A DNA stretch of 64,000 nt from Octopus sinensis (GCF_006345805.1 NC_042998.1:102982001-103046000); one strand, 5' to 3'; numbered from the stretch's first letter, positions 13,591-25,262 are shown. Numbers and translations are program-made. Notes: generated by a model not told the origin, from the letters alone.

Positions 13591-15980
13591 TTTACACACC
13601 CACACTCATACAGATAAATAAATTATACAACTAAAAACTCGCACACAATCTCATATACATAAACACTCCTATGAAAACAACATTAAATACATCGTAATTA
13701 ACCAGAATATCAAAAATAACAATATGAAATAAAGGTAAATAAAATACATACTTACAATTCAGTGTCAAATTATGAAGTGAAATTAAATTCTTAGCCGTTA
13801 AAAAATCAAACCAAAATTACGTTACCATAGAAATAACTTATGTAAAAAAAGACTAACAATCAACTTACAGTAACCCAAACCCATTCTCTATGCCTACCTC
13901 ACTACTACACTATTCCATTCACAATTCCAAACAACGCTAGTCCACCTCCCGGTTATTCACGTGGCAAAACGAACACCACTCAAAAATTATGAATGAACAA
14001 TGTAATAAAACAACCAACATCGAAAATAGACAATTACCACAAATTCCCTAAAAAAACCATGATAAACCAAAACTCCTAAAAACATATAACGATAAATCTC
14101 CCTTTGCTAAACTCTATAACAAACCTATATAGCAATCTCCCTAACCTAAACATTCACACACAAATACACACTCGTAAACCACAGACCCACTACTTATACA
14201 CATACCTATACTAACTTATAAACCTCAATATACACCAAAACCCACTCCCTCCCACACAGACAAATTAACACATACATCCCAAAACCTAAATAACAAACCC
14301 ATATACACATTCACACACAACACACACACGCAAAACACACACACACACACAACAGATACATATACTCCCTCACATATACGCATATACATACTCACTAAAC
14401 TCGATATATACAACAATATTTACACACCCACACTCATATAGATAAATAAATTATACAACTAAAAAACTCGCACACAATCTCATATACATAAACACACCTA
14501 TGAAAACAACATTAAATACATCGTAATTAACCAGAATATCAAAAATAACAATATGACATAAGGATAAATAAAATACATACTTACAATTCAGTGTCAAATT
14601 ATGAAGTGAAATTAAATTCTTAGCCGTTAAAAAAATCAAAGCAAAATTACGTTACCATAGAAATAACTTATGTAAAAAAAGAATACGCGCCATGGAAAGT
14701 AAACGTCATTTAAATTATGAATGGAGAAATAGGAAAATGGAACTAAAACTATATCCACGTGGCAAACCAACACTACTTAAAAAACTTTTATTATGAATGG
14801 ATTCTTTAAAAAACTACCATTAAAAATCATTATATACATCTATGAACTTTAGCTCACCTTAGCATCTCTAACAAACAACTTGCAGTAACCCAAACCCATA
14901 CTCTATGCCTACCTCACTACTACACTATTCCATTCACAATTCCAAGCAACGCTAGTCCACCACCCGGTTATTCACGTGGCAAAACTAACACCACTCAAAA
15001 ATTATGAATGAAACAATGTAATAAAACAACCAACATCGAAAATAGACAAATTACCACGAATTCCCTAAAATAACCATGATAAACCAAAACTCATAAAAAC
15101 ATATAACGATAAAATCTCCCTTTGCTAAACTCTATAACAAACCTATATAGTAATCCCCCTGAACATTCACACACAAATACACACTCGTAAACCACAATCC
15201 ACGACTTATACACATACCTATCCTAATTTATAAACCTCAATATACACCAAAACCCACTCCCTCCCACACAGACAAATTAACACAAACATCCCAAAACCTA
15301 AATAACAAACCCATATACACATTCACACACAAACACACACACACACAAAAAACACACACACACAACAGATACATATACTCCCTCACATATACTCATATAT
15401 ATACTCACTAAACTCGATATATACAACAATATTTACACACCCACACTCATACAGATAAATAAAATATACAACTAAAAACTCACACACAATCTCATATACA
15501 TAAAACTCCTATGAAAACAACATTAAATACATCGTAATTAACCAGAATATCAAAATAACAATATGACATAAGGATAAATAAAATACATACTACAAGTCAA
15601 TTTCAAATAATGAAGTGAAATTAAATTCTTAGCCGTTAAAAAAAACAAACCAAAATTACGTTACCATAGAAATAACTTATGTAAAAAAAGAATACGCGCC
15701 ATGGAAAGTAAACGTCATTTAAATTATGAATGGAGAAATAGAATAAATGGAACTAAAACTATATCCACGTAGCAAACCAACACTACGTAAAAAAATTTAT
15801 AATGAATGGATTCTTTAAAAAACTACCATGAAAAACCATTATATACATTTATGAGCTTAACTCACCCTATCAGCTCTAACAAACAACCTACAGCAACCCA
15901 AACCTATTCCCGATGCCTACCTCACTACCACACTAATCAATTCCCAATTCCAAGCAACGCTAGTCCACCACCCGGTTACA
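12395..15980. repeat. Hierarchical tandem subrepeat array inside the PLE 3' region (units ~830-1015 bp built from ~300-400-bp subunits)
   Basis: ttcacgtggcaaaa recurs at 13128, 13956 and 14971 (spacings 828 and 1015). atgaatggagaaat(g/a)gaa motif at ~12395, 13090, 14718, 15727. + strand is nearly devoid of G. Confidence 0.88.
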
Positions 15981-17126
15981 ATTCCCAACTCCACCCATTA
16001 ATTCACAATTTCAACGACATTCGCCTCCACAACGCTACATATAAGCCTCAACATATACACCGGAGATACACTTACACATCCATGCGGATGGGTGAGAGTA
16101 TACATTGAGTGTAGTGATGGGGCTCCCATTACTATACACATTTGTACCTATGTGGTAGTCTCCATGTGTATATTACGCACGGGTATAAATAACTGCAGGG
16201 GGTACACGCGCACGTCGTTTACGTGTACCCCTCACATGTACATATGCATGCTATTTGGGCTCGATATATGCAACAATGTAATCGCGCCCGTATACATGCA
16301 TATGGGCGAATTGCACAATCAAAAAACGCACACGTGTGTGTGTGCGTTCCCTAGTTGTGCAATTCACCCATCTGGGTGTGAGTGGGTGTAATCTTATCAC
16401 TATGGATGTCAAGCTTAATACGTATTTATATAAGTATGTATTAGGGGGTTGTACGTATTAATTATGTGCATGTGCTTCACGCACTTGCGTCCATATATGG
16501 ATGAATATATTGGGATTACTATGTGGGTGTAAATTGGGTATGGAGGGGGGAATTTTGTCATTGTATGGGTGTGGGTTTCATTTATGATAGTGGTTAGTTG
16601 TTGATTTTTAGTATGTTCTATATATTTGGGTTAGTTATGTATTATTCTAGTGTGTATAATTAATACATAAATTTGTGTGAATGGGATTATGCCCATTTTT
16701 GGGGATGTATGTGTTTATTTATCCATGTGGGGCGGGAGTGGCCGTTAGGTGTATATGCCGAGGCTCACATGCAATTCCAGGTACATCGAATGAAGTGGGT
16801 ACCTATATTTGTTATGGGTGTGTATACTTTATTATAACAGACAATACCCAATAAAATCTGTCAATTAAACATACCAAATAAAAAACAAAAAACAAAGGGA
16901 TCTTAAACATTCACACATACATACAAAACTCAATAAAAACACCACTAAATAACACCCATAAACATATAAATATATCCTCCAAATATATACATTAAAAATG
17001 AACTAATTAAAACAAAGAAATATAAATAAAGACTAACTATAATTAAAGCCTAGACAAATAACCAAAAATATATTATCTAAACTAATTTAAACTAAATTAA
17101 AGTAACCTAAAAGGGAACTATTATTG

Positions 17127-18095
17127 CTATTTATCATGAAACTTATTATATAGGTAAAGTAACTTATGTCTGCATTTTATTTTGCGCTCCTCGCCAGTAT
17201 TAAGTAAATTATCATACTTATAAAATAAAATTTCTTTAAACTCATTAGAGCATAAATAACAACAATTAGCTCCTATAGTATATGATTTAGTTTTACAAAT
17301 TATTTCCCAAATTAAACTATAATTAATATTTAGTGATTTAAGACTCCAAATGTACTTACTAAGTCCGGTTGAGTTGATTAAGTTTTTATTTTTAAAAGAA
17401 TTCATATGTTGTGCGATTCTTAGTTTTATTTTTGAGGAAGTAGAACCTATATAAACCGCTTTTTTGTAATTATTATTCTTAAAGTTATTATCATGTAATG
17501 TAACTATACATTTATACACTACATCGTTAATATCACAATTATTATTTAATATACAATTAGATTTATCTCTACATGTACATTTAATATAAGTCTTATCATT
17601 ATTAATATTATTATCAAATAATTTATTTTTATAAAAGTTATTCAGTTTATATTTATTAAATGAAGAAATAATGTTACCAACATTATTAGTGGTAGAGTAA
17701 CCAACTCCAAAATTATTAAAAGAGAAAATGTTTCTATATTTACGATTATCTCTAATAAATAGTTCTATAACATCTAAAATCTCTTTAATAATATTCGTTT
17801 TTACTTGATCTCCATAAGGAACTATTAACCAAATTTTATTCTTATTAACCTTATTATTATTATCATTATTATAAATATATTTATAATTCTTTATTTTATT
17901 AAAATTATTATCAGAATTATATCTATGTACAGCATTTAAGGAATTATTAATATTATTAAATTTATCAATATAATTATTATAATAATTATTAAATTTATTT
18001 TTATTTATATTATTCTTATTTATATTATTATTATTATATTTATTATTATTATTATTATTATTATTTATATTTTTATCATTTTTATTATTTTTTTT
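17127..18095 (-). CDS. PLE polyprotein, C-terminal part: Asn-rich linker, Cys linker and GIY-YIG endonuclease; in a frame shifted by +1 from the RT part
   Basis: Manual codon walk shows this frame open from 18095 to the stop at 17127, far beyond the 130-aa ORF call. It reads KIWLIVPYGDQVKTNI..., GYSTTNNVGNIISSFNK, CTCRDKSNCILNNNC, VVYKC...VYIGSTSSKIKLRIAQH, CCYLC..E, LLN..E...KCRH. Confidence 0.88.
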   Translation of the reverse strand, partial: KKNNKNDKNINNNNNNNNKYNNNNINKNNINKNKFNNYYNNYIDKFNNINNSLNAVHRYNSDNNFNKIKNYKYIYNNDNNNKVNKNKIWLIVPYGDQVKTNIIKEILDVIELFIRDNRKYRNIFSFNNFGVGYSTTNNVGNIISSFNKYKLNNFYKNKLFDNNINNDKTYIKCTCRDKSNCILNNNCDINDVVYKCIVTLHDNNFKNNNYKKAVYIGSTSSKIKLRIAQHMNSFKNKNLINSTGLSKYIWSLKSLNINYSLIWEIICKTKSYTIGANCCYLCSNEFKEILFYKYDNLLNTGEERKIKCRHKLLYLYNKFHDK

Positions 18096-19644
18096 TTAAA
18101 TATCTATTATTTTTACCACTAAACCTAACAAAATTATAATTATTATTAGAAGTATCTCGAAAATTAACAGTTAAATCTTTATCACTAATATTATAAAATT
18201 TAATATTCCTATTATAACCTGCCCCTCTAAGGGCCTCATTATAATAATTAGCATGTTTATTAAAAATCTCTATATCATAAGAGAGTAATGAAATACGTTT
18301 ACTTATATTATTAATCAACGATTTTTTAATAGAAAATGGGTGATTACTATTAACATTTATATATCTAAGGTTCTCATTAAGTTTATGATATGGTTGTGTT
18401 TTACCTGTAATAAGATTAAAATTAACATCTAAATAATTAACATTATAATTCTCCTTATATATAGTAATACTTAAACCATATCTTTTAAAGAAACTATATA
18501 GTTTTTTCTTATATACTTCTAGATTCCTATTAGTACAATTCTTTGTAACTAGTAGAAGATCATCTCTATATAAACCACCCTCTATCTTAAGATTTTCTAA
18601 TTGGAGTTCAGATAAAAGAAAAATACCTACTAAATCAGTAGCCTGTGCAGAATCTGGTGCTCCCATAGGTATATCAAAACAATCTCTAGTATCATTCCTA
18701 GCCCATAATTTATTTTTATATTTAATTAGCGATTTCCTAGCCATTTTAATTACATTAACTTCTTCACGTGACATACCCGCTTTATTCATTGCGAAAATAA
18801 GCGCTTTATTAAACACAATTTCATTAATAGAAGAATAATAATTATCAATATCTATTTGAATAAATTTATAACGATTTTTATCTTTAATATTATTAAACCA
18901 TTTCAATGTATTATTATTACTAAACCATAATTTTAAATAATTAAGTTTATTTAACTTATCTATATATTTATCTAAAATAAATTTACTTAATTTACCTAGA
19001 TCCGATTTACATGGGCAAATTAATCTAACTTTAGGGTCTGAATAAAAATTATCTTTATGGTCTTTAAGAGTAATTCTGGGGTGCAAAGGTACATAAGGTT
19101 CAGTTTTATTATCCAACTCATATTTTAACATTACTACTTTAGAGGCCTTATTAATATTATAAAGAATATCATCTGGAACAATTTTATATTTTTTAATTAT
19201 TTCTTTCCCTAATAGTTTATCATATAATTTAACATCTAATTTATATAAGTTCCTTGTTTTATCAGATTGTACTATAATACCATCCATATTTCTCATATCT
19301 TTAATTTTAATTGCTAAATTCCTTAAATATTCATTATTTCTATTTGGGTATTTATGGAATTCAATATTTTTTACCACCTTCCATATACTATCTTCAAGTA
19401 ATTGTAATTCTTTATTAAATGGAGGTTCCTTTCTAGATTTAAATTTAGAGGTAAAATTATCATTCCTACTATCAATATCATTAAATAAATAAAAATTATA
19501 GTAAAAAGCTTTCCACTTAATTCTAGAAATAAAATCTTTAACATTATTAACAAGTTTCAAAATAAATTCCTTTCTAGAAGGAATAGGAATATCTTTCAAA
19601 GATGAATCCCAAAACAGCGGTTCTATCTTACCTGTAAAATCCAT
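18085..19644 (-). CDS. PLE polyprotein, N-terminal and reverse transcriptase part (519 aa as assembled)
   Basis: N-terminal SLKDIPIP..RIKWKAF, motif A FIQIDIDNYYSSI, motif B FDIPMGAPDSAQATDLVG, catalytic GGLYRDDLLL, motif E NYLDVNFNL, thumb YINVNSNHP. Ends at TAA right after an A10 run. Confidence 0.9.
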   Translation of the reverse strand: MDFTGKIEPLFWDSSLKDIPIPSRKEFILKLVNNVKDFISRIKWKAFYYNFYLFNDIDSRNDNFTSKFKSRKEPPFNKELQLLEDSIWKVVKNIEFHKYPNRNNEYLRNLAIKIKDMRNMDGIIVQSDKTRNLYKLDVKLYDKLLGKEIIKKYKIVPDDILYNINKASKVVMLKYELDNKTEPYVPLHPRITLKDHKDNFYSDPKVRLICPCKSDLGKLSKFILDKYIDKLNKLNYLKLWFSNNNTLKWFNNIKDKNRYKFIQIDIDNYYSSINEIVFNKALIFAMNKAGMSREEVNVIKMARKSLIKYKNKLWARNDTRDCFDIPMGAPDSAQATDLVGIFLLSELQLENLKIEGGLYRDDLLLVTKNCTNRNLEVYKKKLYSFFKRYGLSITIYKENYNVNYLDVNFNLITGKTQPYHKLNENLRYINVNSNHPFSIKKSLINNISKRISLLSYDIEIFNKHANYYNEALRGAGYNRNIKFYNISDKDLTVNFRDTSNNNYNFVRFSGKNNRYLKKK

Positions 19645-19698
19645 AATTTACGAAATTGAGGTATTACACTCAATATACAAAATTATCAATATCATATA

Positions 19699-21532
19699 AA
19701 TAATAAATATTAGGGAATAAATCCAAATTTACAGGGAAAAAATCAGATTTATGATAAAATCGATTTTATAGTAAAATATTATAAAATATTATTCGAGACA
19801 AAACCACTATTTTGCAAAACAAACAAGGAAAGACTAATTAATACATAAAATTTTAATAAATAGTCAAAAAAACCGCCACTACAATCGTTTCTTGTCTTGA
19901 TCGACAATCTTCAGGTGGACTTCCAATCTAAAAAATCAATATTTTAAAATATAAAAATAATAATTTTAAAATAATTAAAGTATGAATGAAAAAATATAAG
20001 TATATAATCCATATATAACCTATCTATAATCCATATATAAACAATATATAAACAATATATAAACTAAAAAAACCTATCAACAATTAAATATAAAATATAA
20101 AATAAAAATAAAAAATAAAAATATAAAATATAAAACAAAACAAAAAAAATAATAATATAATAATAAACTATATATACACCCATACGCATATACCTAATTA
20201 TATATAACCATATCTAACTACATACACTAAATCACACACCTATATATATATCCCTATACATACACATAAAAATGTCTAGGCAACTATAAATAAATAAAAT
20301 AGCTAAATACTTCAACACAATACTTATTCATACTCCCACACACACACACATACAACCCACATTCACGCTCTAGAAAACGGACATCACTCAAAACTATGAA
20401 CGGAGAAATGGAATAAATGGAATTAAAAATTATATACACTTGGTAAAACAAACACTACTTAAAAATTATGAATGAAACAATGCAATAAAACAACAGACAT
20501 CGCAAATATACACAAATTACTACAAATTCCTTATCAAACCTACCATGATAACCAAAATTCATAAAAACATATAATGATAAAATCTCCCTTTACTAAACTC
20601 TATAACAAACCTATATAGCAATCCTCCTAACCTAAACATTCACACACAAATACACACACGTAAACCACACACCCACGACATATACAAATACCCACACCAC
20701 TTACACATACCAATACATACATATAAACCTCAACATATACTCCAAAAACCCAGTCAACCCCACACAGACAAATAAACACAAAAATTATGAATGGATTCAT
20801 TTATAAAACTACCATAATAATCTAAAACTCACAAAACAGAAATGATAAAACCTCCCTTTACTAAACACTAAAACATACTTATATAGCAATTCTTTTAACC
20901 TATACATTCACACACCAAACCACTCGTAACCACACACCCATAACAAATACAAACCCCCACCCCACTCACACACACCCACAAGTACATATAAGCCTCAACA
21001 TATACACCAAACAAAATTACTTTACCAAGGAACTTAACATATATATAAAAAGTATAACCGCTCTGGAAACGAACATCTCTAAATTAATGAATGGAGAAAT
21101 GGAATAAATGGAATTAAAAATAAAATTCACGTGGCAAAACGAACACCACTCAAAAATTATGAATGAAACAATATAATAAAACAACCAACATCGAAAATAG
21201 ACAAATTACTACGAATTCCCTAAAAAAAACCATGATAAACCAAAACTCTTAAAAAACATATAACGATAAAATCTCCTTTGCTAAACTCTATAACAAACCT
21301 ATATAGTAATCCCCCTAACCTAAACATTCACACACAAACACACACGTAAACCACATACCCACGACTTATACAGATACCTAAACTAACTTATAAACCTCCA
21401 TATACACCAAAACCCACTCCCTCCCACACAGACAAATTAACTCATACATCCCAAAACCTAAATAACAAACCCATATACACATTCACACACAAACACACAC
21501 ACACGCAAAACACACAAACACAACATATACAT
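19699..21532 (-). repeat. 5' pseudo-LTR (direct) including the 5' leader of the ORF; left arm of the palindrome
   Basis: Direct copy of 11741-13533. Reverse complement of 21587-23484. Confidence 0.92.
19876..19918 (-). ncRNA. Minimal type I hammerhead ribozyme (5' pLTR, ~230 nt upstream of the ATG)
   Basis: Identical to the 11837-11879 motif. Confidence 0.8.
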
Positions 21533-23483
21533 TGTTGTATATATTGAGTTTAGTGAGTATGTATATGCGTATATGTGAGGGAGTATATGTATATGTTGTG
21601 TTTGTGTGTTTTGCGTGTGTGTGTGTTTGTGTGTGAATGTGTATATGGGTTTGTTATTTAGGTTTTGGGATGTATGAGTTAATTTGTCTGTGGGGGAGGG
21701 AGTGGGTTTTGGTGTATATGGAGGTTTATAAGTTAGTTTAGGTATCTGTATAAGTCGTGGGTATGTGGTTTACGTGTGTGTTTGTGTGTGAATGTTTAGG
21801 TTAGGGGGATTACTATATAGGTTTGTTATAGAGTTTAGCAAAGGGAGATTTTATCGTTATATGTTTTTTAAGAGTTTTGGTTTATCATGGTTTTTTTTAG
21901 GGAATTCGTAGTAATTTGTCTATTTTCGATGTTGGTTGTTTTATTATATTGTTTCATTCATAATTTTTGAGTGGTGTTCGTTTTGCCACGTGAATTTTAT
22001 TTTTAATTCCATTTATTCCATTTCTCCATTCATTAATTTAGAGATGTTCGTTTCCAGAGCGGTTATACTTTTTATATATATGTTAAGTTCCTTGGTAAAG
22101 TAATTTTGTTTGGTGTATATGTTGAGGCTTATATGTACTTGTGGGTGTGTGTGAGTGGGGTGGGGGTTTGTATTTGTTATGGGTGTGTGGTTTACGAGTG
22201 GTTTGGTGTGTGAATGTATAGGTTAAAAGAATTGCTATATAAGTATGTTTTAGTGTTTAGTAAAGGGAGGTTTTATCATTTCTGTTTTGTGAGTTTTAGA
22301 TTATTATGGTAGTTTTATAAATGAATCCATTCATAATTTTTGTGTTTATTTGTCTGTGTGGGGTTGACTGGGTTTTTGGAGTATATGTTGAGGTTTATAT
22401 GTATGTATTGGTATGTGTAAGTGGTGTGGGTATTTGTATATGTCGTGGGTGTGTGGTTTACGTGTGTGTATTTGTGTGTGAATGTTTAGGTTAGGGGGAT
22501 TGCTATATAGGTTTGTTATAGAGTTTAGTAAAGGGAGATTTTATCATTATATGTTTTTATGAATTTTGGTTATCATGGTAGGTTTGATAAGGAATTTGTA
22601 GTAATTTGTGTATATTTGCGATGTCTGTTGTTTTATTGCATTGTTTCATTCATAATTTTTAAGTAGTGTTTGTTTTACCAAGTGTATATAATTTTTAATT
22701 CCATTTATTCCATTTCTCCGTTCATAGTTTTGAGTGATGTCCGTTTTCTAGAGCGTGAATGTGGGTTGTATGTGTGTGTGTGTGGGAGTATGAATAAGTA
22801 TTGTGTTGAAGTATTTAGCTATTTTATTTATTTATAGTTGCCTAGACATTTTTATGTGTATGTATAGGGATATATATATAGGTGTGTGATTTAGTGTATG
22901 TAGTTAGATATGGTTATATATAATTAGGTATATGCGTATGGGTGTATATATAGTTTATTATTATATTATTATTTTTTTTTGTTTTGTTTTATATTTTATA
23001 TTTTATATTTTTTATTTTTTATTTTATATTTTATATTTTATATTTTATATTTTATATTTTTTATTTTTTATTTTATATTTTATATTTTATATTTTATATT
23101 TTATATTTAATTGTTGATAGGTTTTTTTAGTTTATATATTGTTTATATATGGATTATAGATAGGTTATATATGGATTATATACTTATATTTTTTCATTCA
23201 TACTTTAATTATTTTAAAATTATTATTTTTATATTTTAAAATATTGATTTTTTAGATTGGAAGTCCACCTGAAGATTGTCGATCAAGACAAGAAACGATT
23301 GTAGTGGCGGTTTTTTTGACTATTTATTAAAATTATATGTATTAATTAGTCTTTCCTTGTTTGTTTTGCAAACTAGTGGTTTTGTCTCGAATAATATTTT
23401 ATAATATTTTACTATAAAATCGATTTAATCATAAATCTGATTTTTTCCCTGTAAATTTGGATTTATTCCCTAATATTTATTAT

Positions 23484-23484
<1 letters not shown>
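21533..23484 (+). repeat. Inverted 5' pseudo-LTR; right arm of the palindrome
   Basis: Reverse complement of the pLTR. Starts ~57 nt further into the element than the left arm ends, and finishes at ...taatatttattatt followed by (AT)n. Confidence 0.92.
23265..23307 (+). ncRNA. Minimal type I hammerhead ribozyme (inverted pLTR)
   Basis: ccacctgaagattgtcgatcaagacaagaaacgattgtagtgg on the + strand. Confidence 0.8.
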
Positions 23485-23515
<31 letters not shown>

Positions 23516-23582
23516 ATATGTGTGTGCGTGTGTGTATGTGTGTGTGTGTGCGCGCGCACGTCAGCATGTGTATGTATGTATG

Positions 23583-23651
<69 letters not shown>

Positions 23652-23694
23652 ATATATATACATATATACATATATATGTATATATATGTGTGTG

Positions 23695-23733
<39 letters not shown>

Positions 23734-23790
23734 TTATATATGTGTGTGTGCCTGTGCGTGCGTGTGTGTGTGTGTGTATTTATATATAAT
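23485..23790. repeat. Compound (TA)n/(TG)n microsatellite flanking the PLE
   Basis: Direct reading. Confidence 0.95.
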
Positions 23791-24947
23791 GTAGATCCTA
23801 AAATATACATGTTTCTGGCGAACTTTTCTATTCTCATGTAATTTGATCATTTTTAATTGTTTTGTAAATGAGAAGAATAAAACAAATCATACTGATTTGA
23901 AATTTAATTTCAGTGATTCGTAGTAAGTTTCAGTTCTGACAAGTTTAGTTCTCTTGTAAATTATAACACGTGAATGATTCCTTTAAGGAATCGCTAACTT
24001 TTTAACATGTAATGCTCTTCTGAGTAATTTTAATTATGCTTTACATGTCTTTGATAGACTAAATTATAATGAAATAGGTTAATGATTTAAGGATAGTGTG
24101 AATGTGTCAAAAAGTAAAGTTTTTTGTTCTCATTTGAGTAGGTTTCCTTTTTGAATTTATACGTGGTGTGAAATCTATTCTCGAAATTTCATTAGATACA
24201 ATGACAGGGTCACCTTTCATTCGTTTAATATAATGTGTTGAACTTCACATGATACTAAGCTTCAAGTGTGAACATTTAAAAGTTTGTCTTTTTCGAACTT
24301 TGAAATTTGCTGCTTGTTGCTTGGTGTAAGATCAAAGAAATTTCTTTGATTTTACATCCATCACTGAATTGTGTCTTCAGAAATGCTTTTGTGGAATTAG
24401 CTTTCAAATTCCTTATTACCTTACCATTTTATCAATCAAAAAAAATTAATCCACTGAGAGTCAATCGTTAATATGTATTATGTGTCAATTTAAATAACTA
24501 ACATTGATATTCAGTAGAAAGAGCATGTTGCACTTGTCCTTGATAATTCTTATCCAATCAGAGATTTCCTTCTTAATGTCATACACAAGTTCTCTCAAAA
24601 TCCTATATGTGATTTATCGTTAAAGTTAGCTTCACTGAAGAATGAAATATCTCTGTAGCTGCCATCGCAAAGCTAAATACCGGTAATTCAAAATGACATC
24701 CTTTTCAAGCAGTCAAGGTTTAATTCTGTCTGAAGATTATATTAAGGCTACAGGAGTTAGTGACATACTCAGAGTAACTCCAGGCTATCCATTAAGCTGA
24801 AATTACCGAATAAGTAGAATAACAGGTGAATAAAACTGACTGAGATTGCTATTATTTATCGCCAGATATTTCTGAAACTTCACTTTTTATACATTATTTA
24901 CATTATTTAGAATCGACGGATATTTGCCCTTGTCTTGTTTGTACTTA

Positions 24948-24991
24948 ACACAACGTTTCGGCTGACATACCCTCCAGCCTTCTTCAGGTGT
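24948..24991 (-). ncRNA. Minimal type I hammerhead ribozyme
   Basis: Minus: ACAC-CTGAAGA-A-GGCTG(GAGGGTATGT)CAGCC-GAAACGTT^GTGT, with palindromic AACGTT stem III. Confidence 0.75.
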
Positions 24992-25089
24992 CTTGGGGAA
25001 ATTTCGAACTTGGGTTCTCATTCCTAAGGTATTTTTCGATGCTGTTGTTGTTGTTGTTGTTGTTGTTGTTGGTGGTGGTGGTGTTGTTG

Positions 25090-25120
<31 letters not shown>

Positions 25121-25224
25121 TATTATTATTATTCAGATCACTGCCTGGAATCGAACTCGGAATCTTGGAGTTAGTTGCCCGCGCTCTTAACCCCAAGATT
25201 CCGAGTCGAATTCCAGGCAGTGAT

Positions 25225-25262
<38 letters not shown>

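Larger units (their letters stand above)
11741..23484 (-). mobile_element. Near-intact Penelope-like retroelement (RT + C-terminal GIY-YIG) with 3' pseudo-LTR, 5' pseudo-LTR and inverted 5' pseudo-LTR, inserted in (TA)n
   Basis: ORF 19644->17127 has PLE-type RT and GIY-YIG motifs. Sequence from 11741 (tataaaatattattcgagac...) recurs directly at 19780 and inverted at 21533-23484. Both outer ends abut (TA)n. Each repeat contains a hammerhead. Confidence 0.93.

Noticed and set aside
12395-15980. Mitochondrial insertion (NUMT) or CRISPR-like interpretation of the skewed repeat array
   Set aside because: No mitochondrial genes or tRNAs and no constant-repeat/unique-spacer pattern; the array lies inside the PLE and is partly duplicated in its pLTRs.
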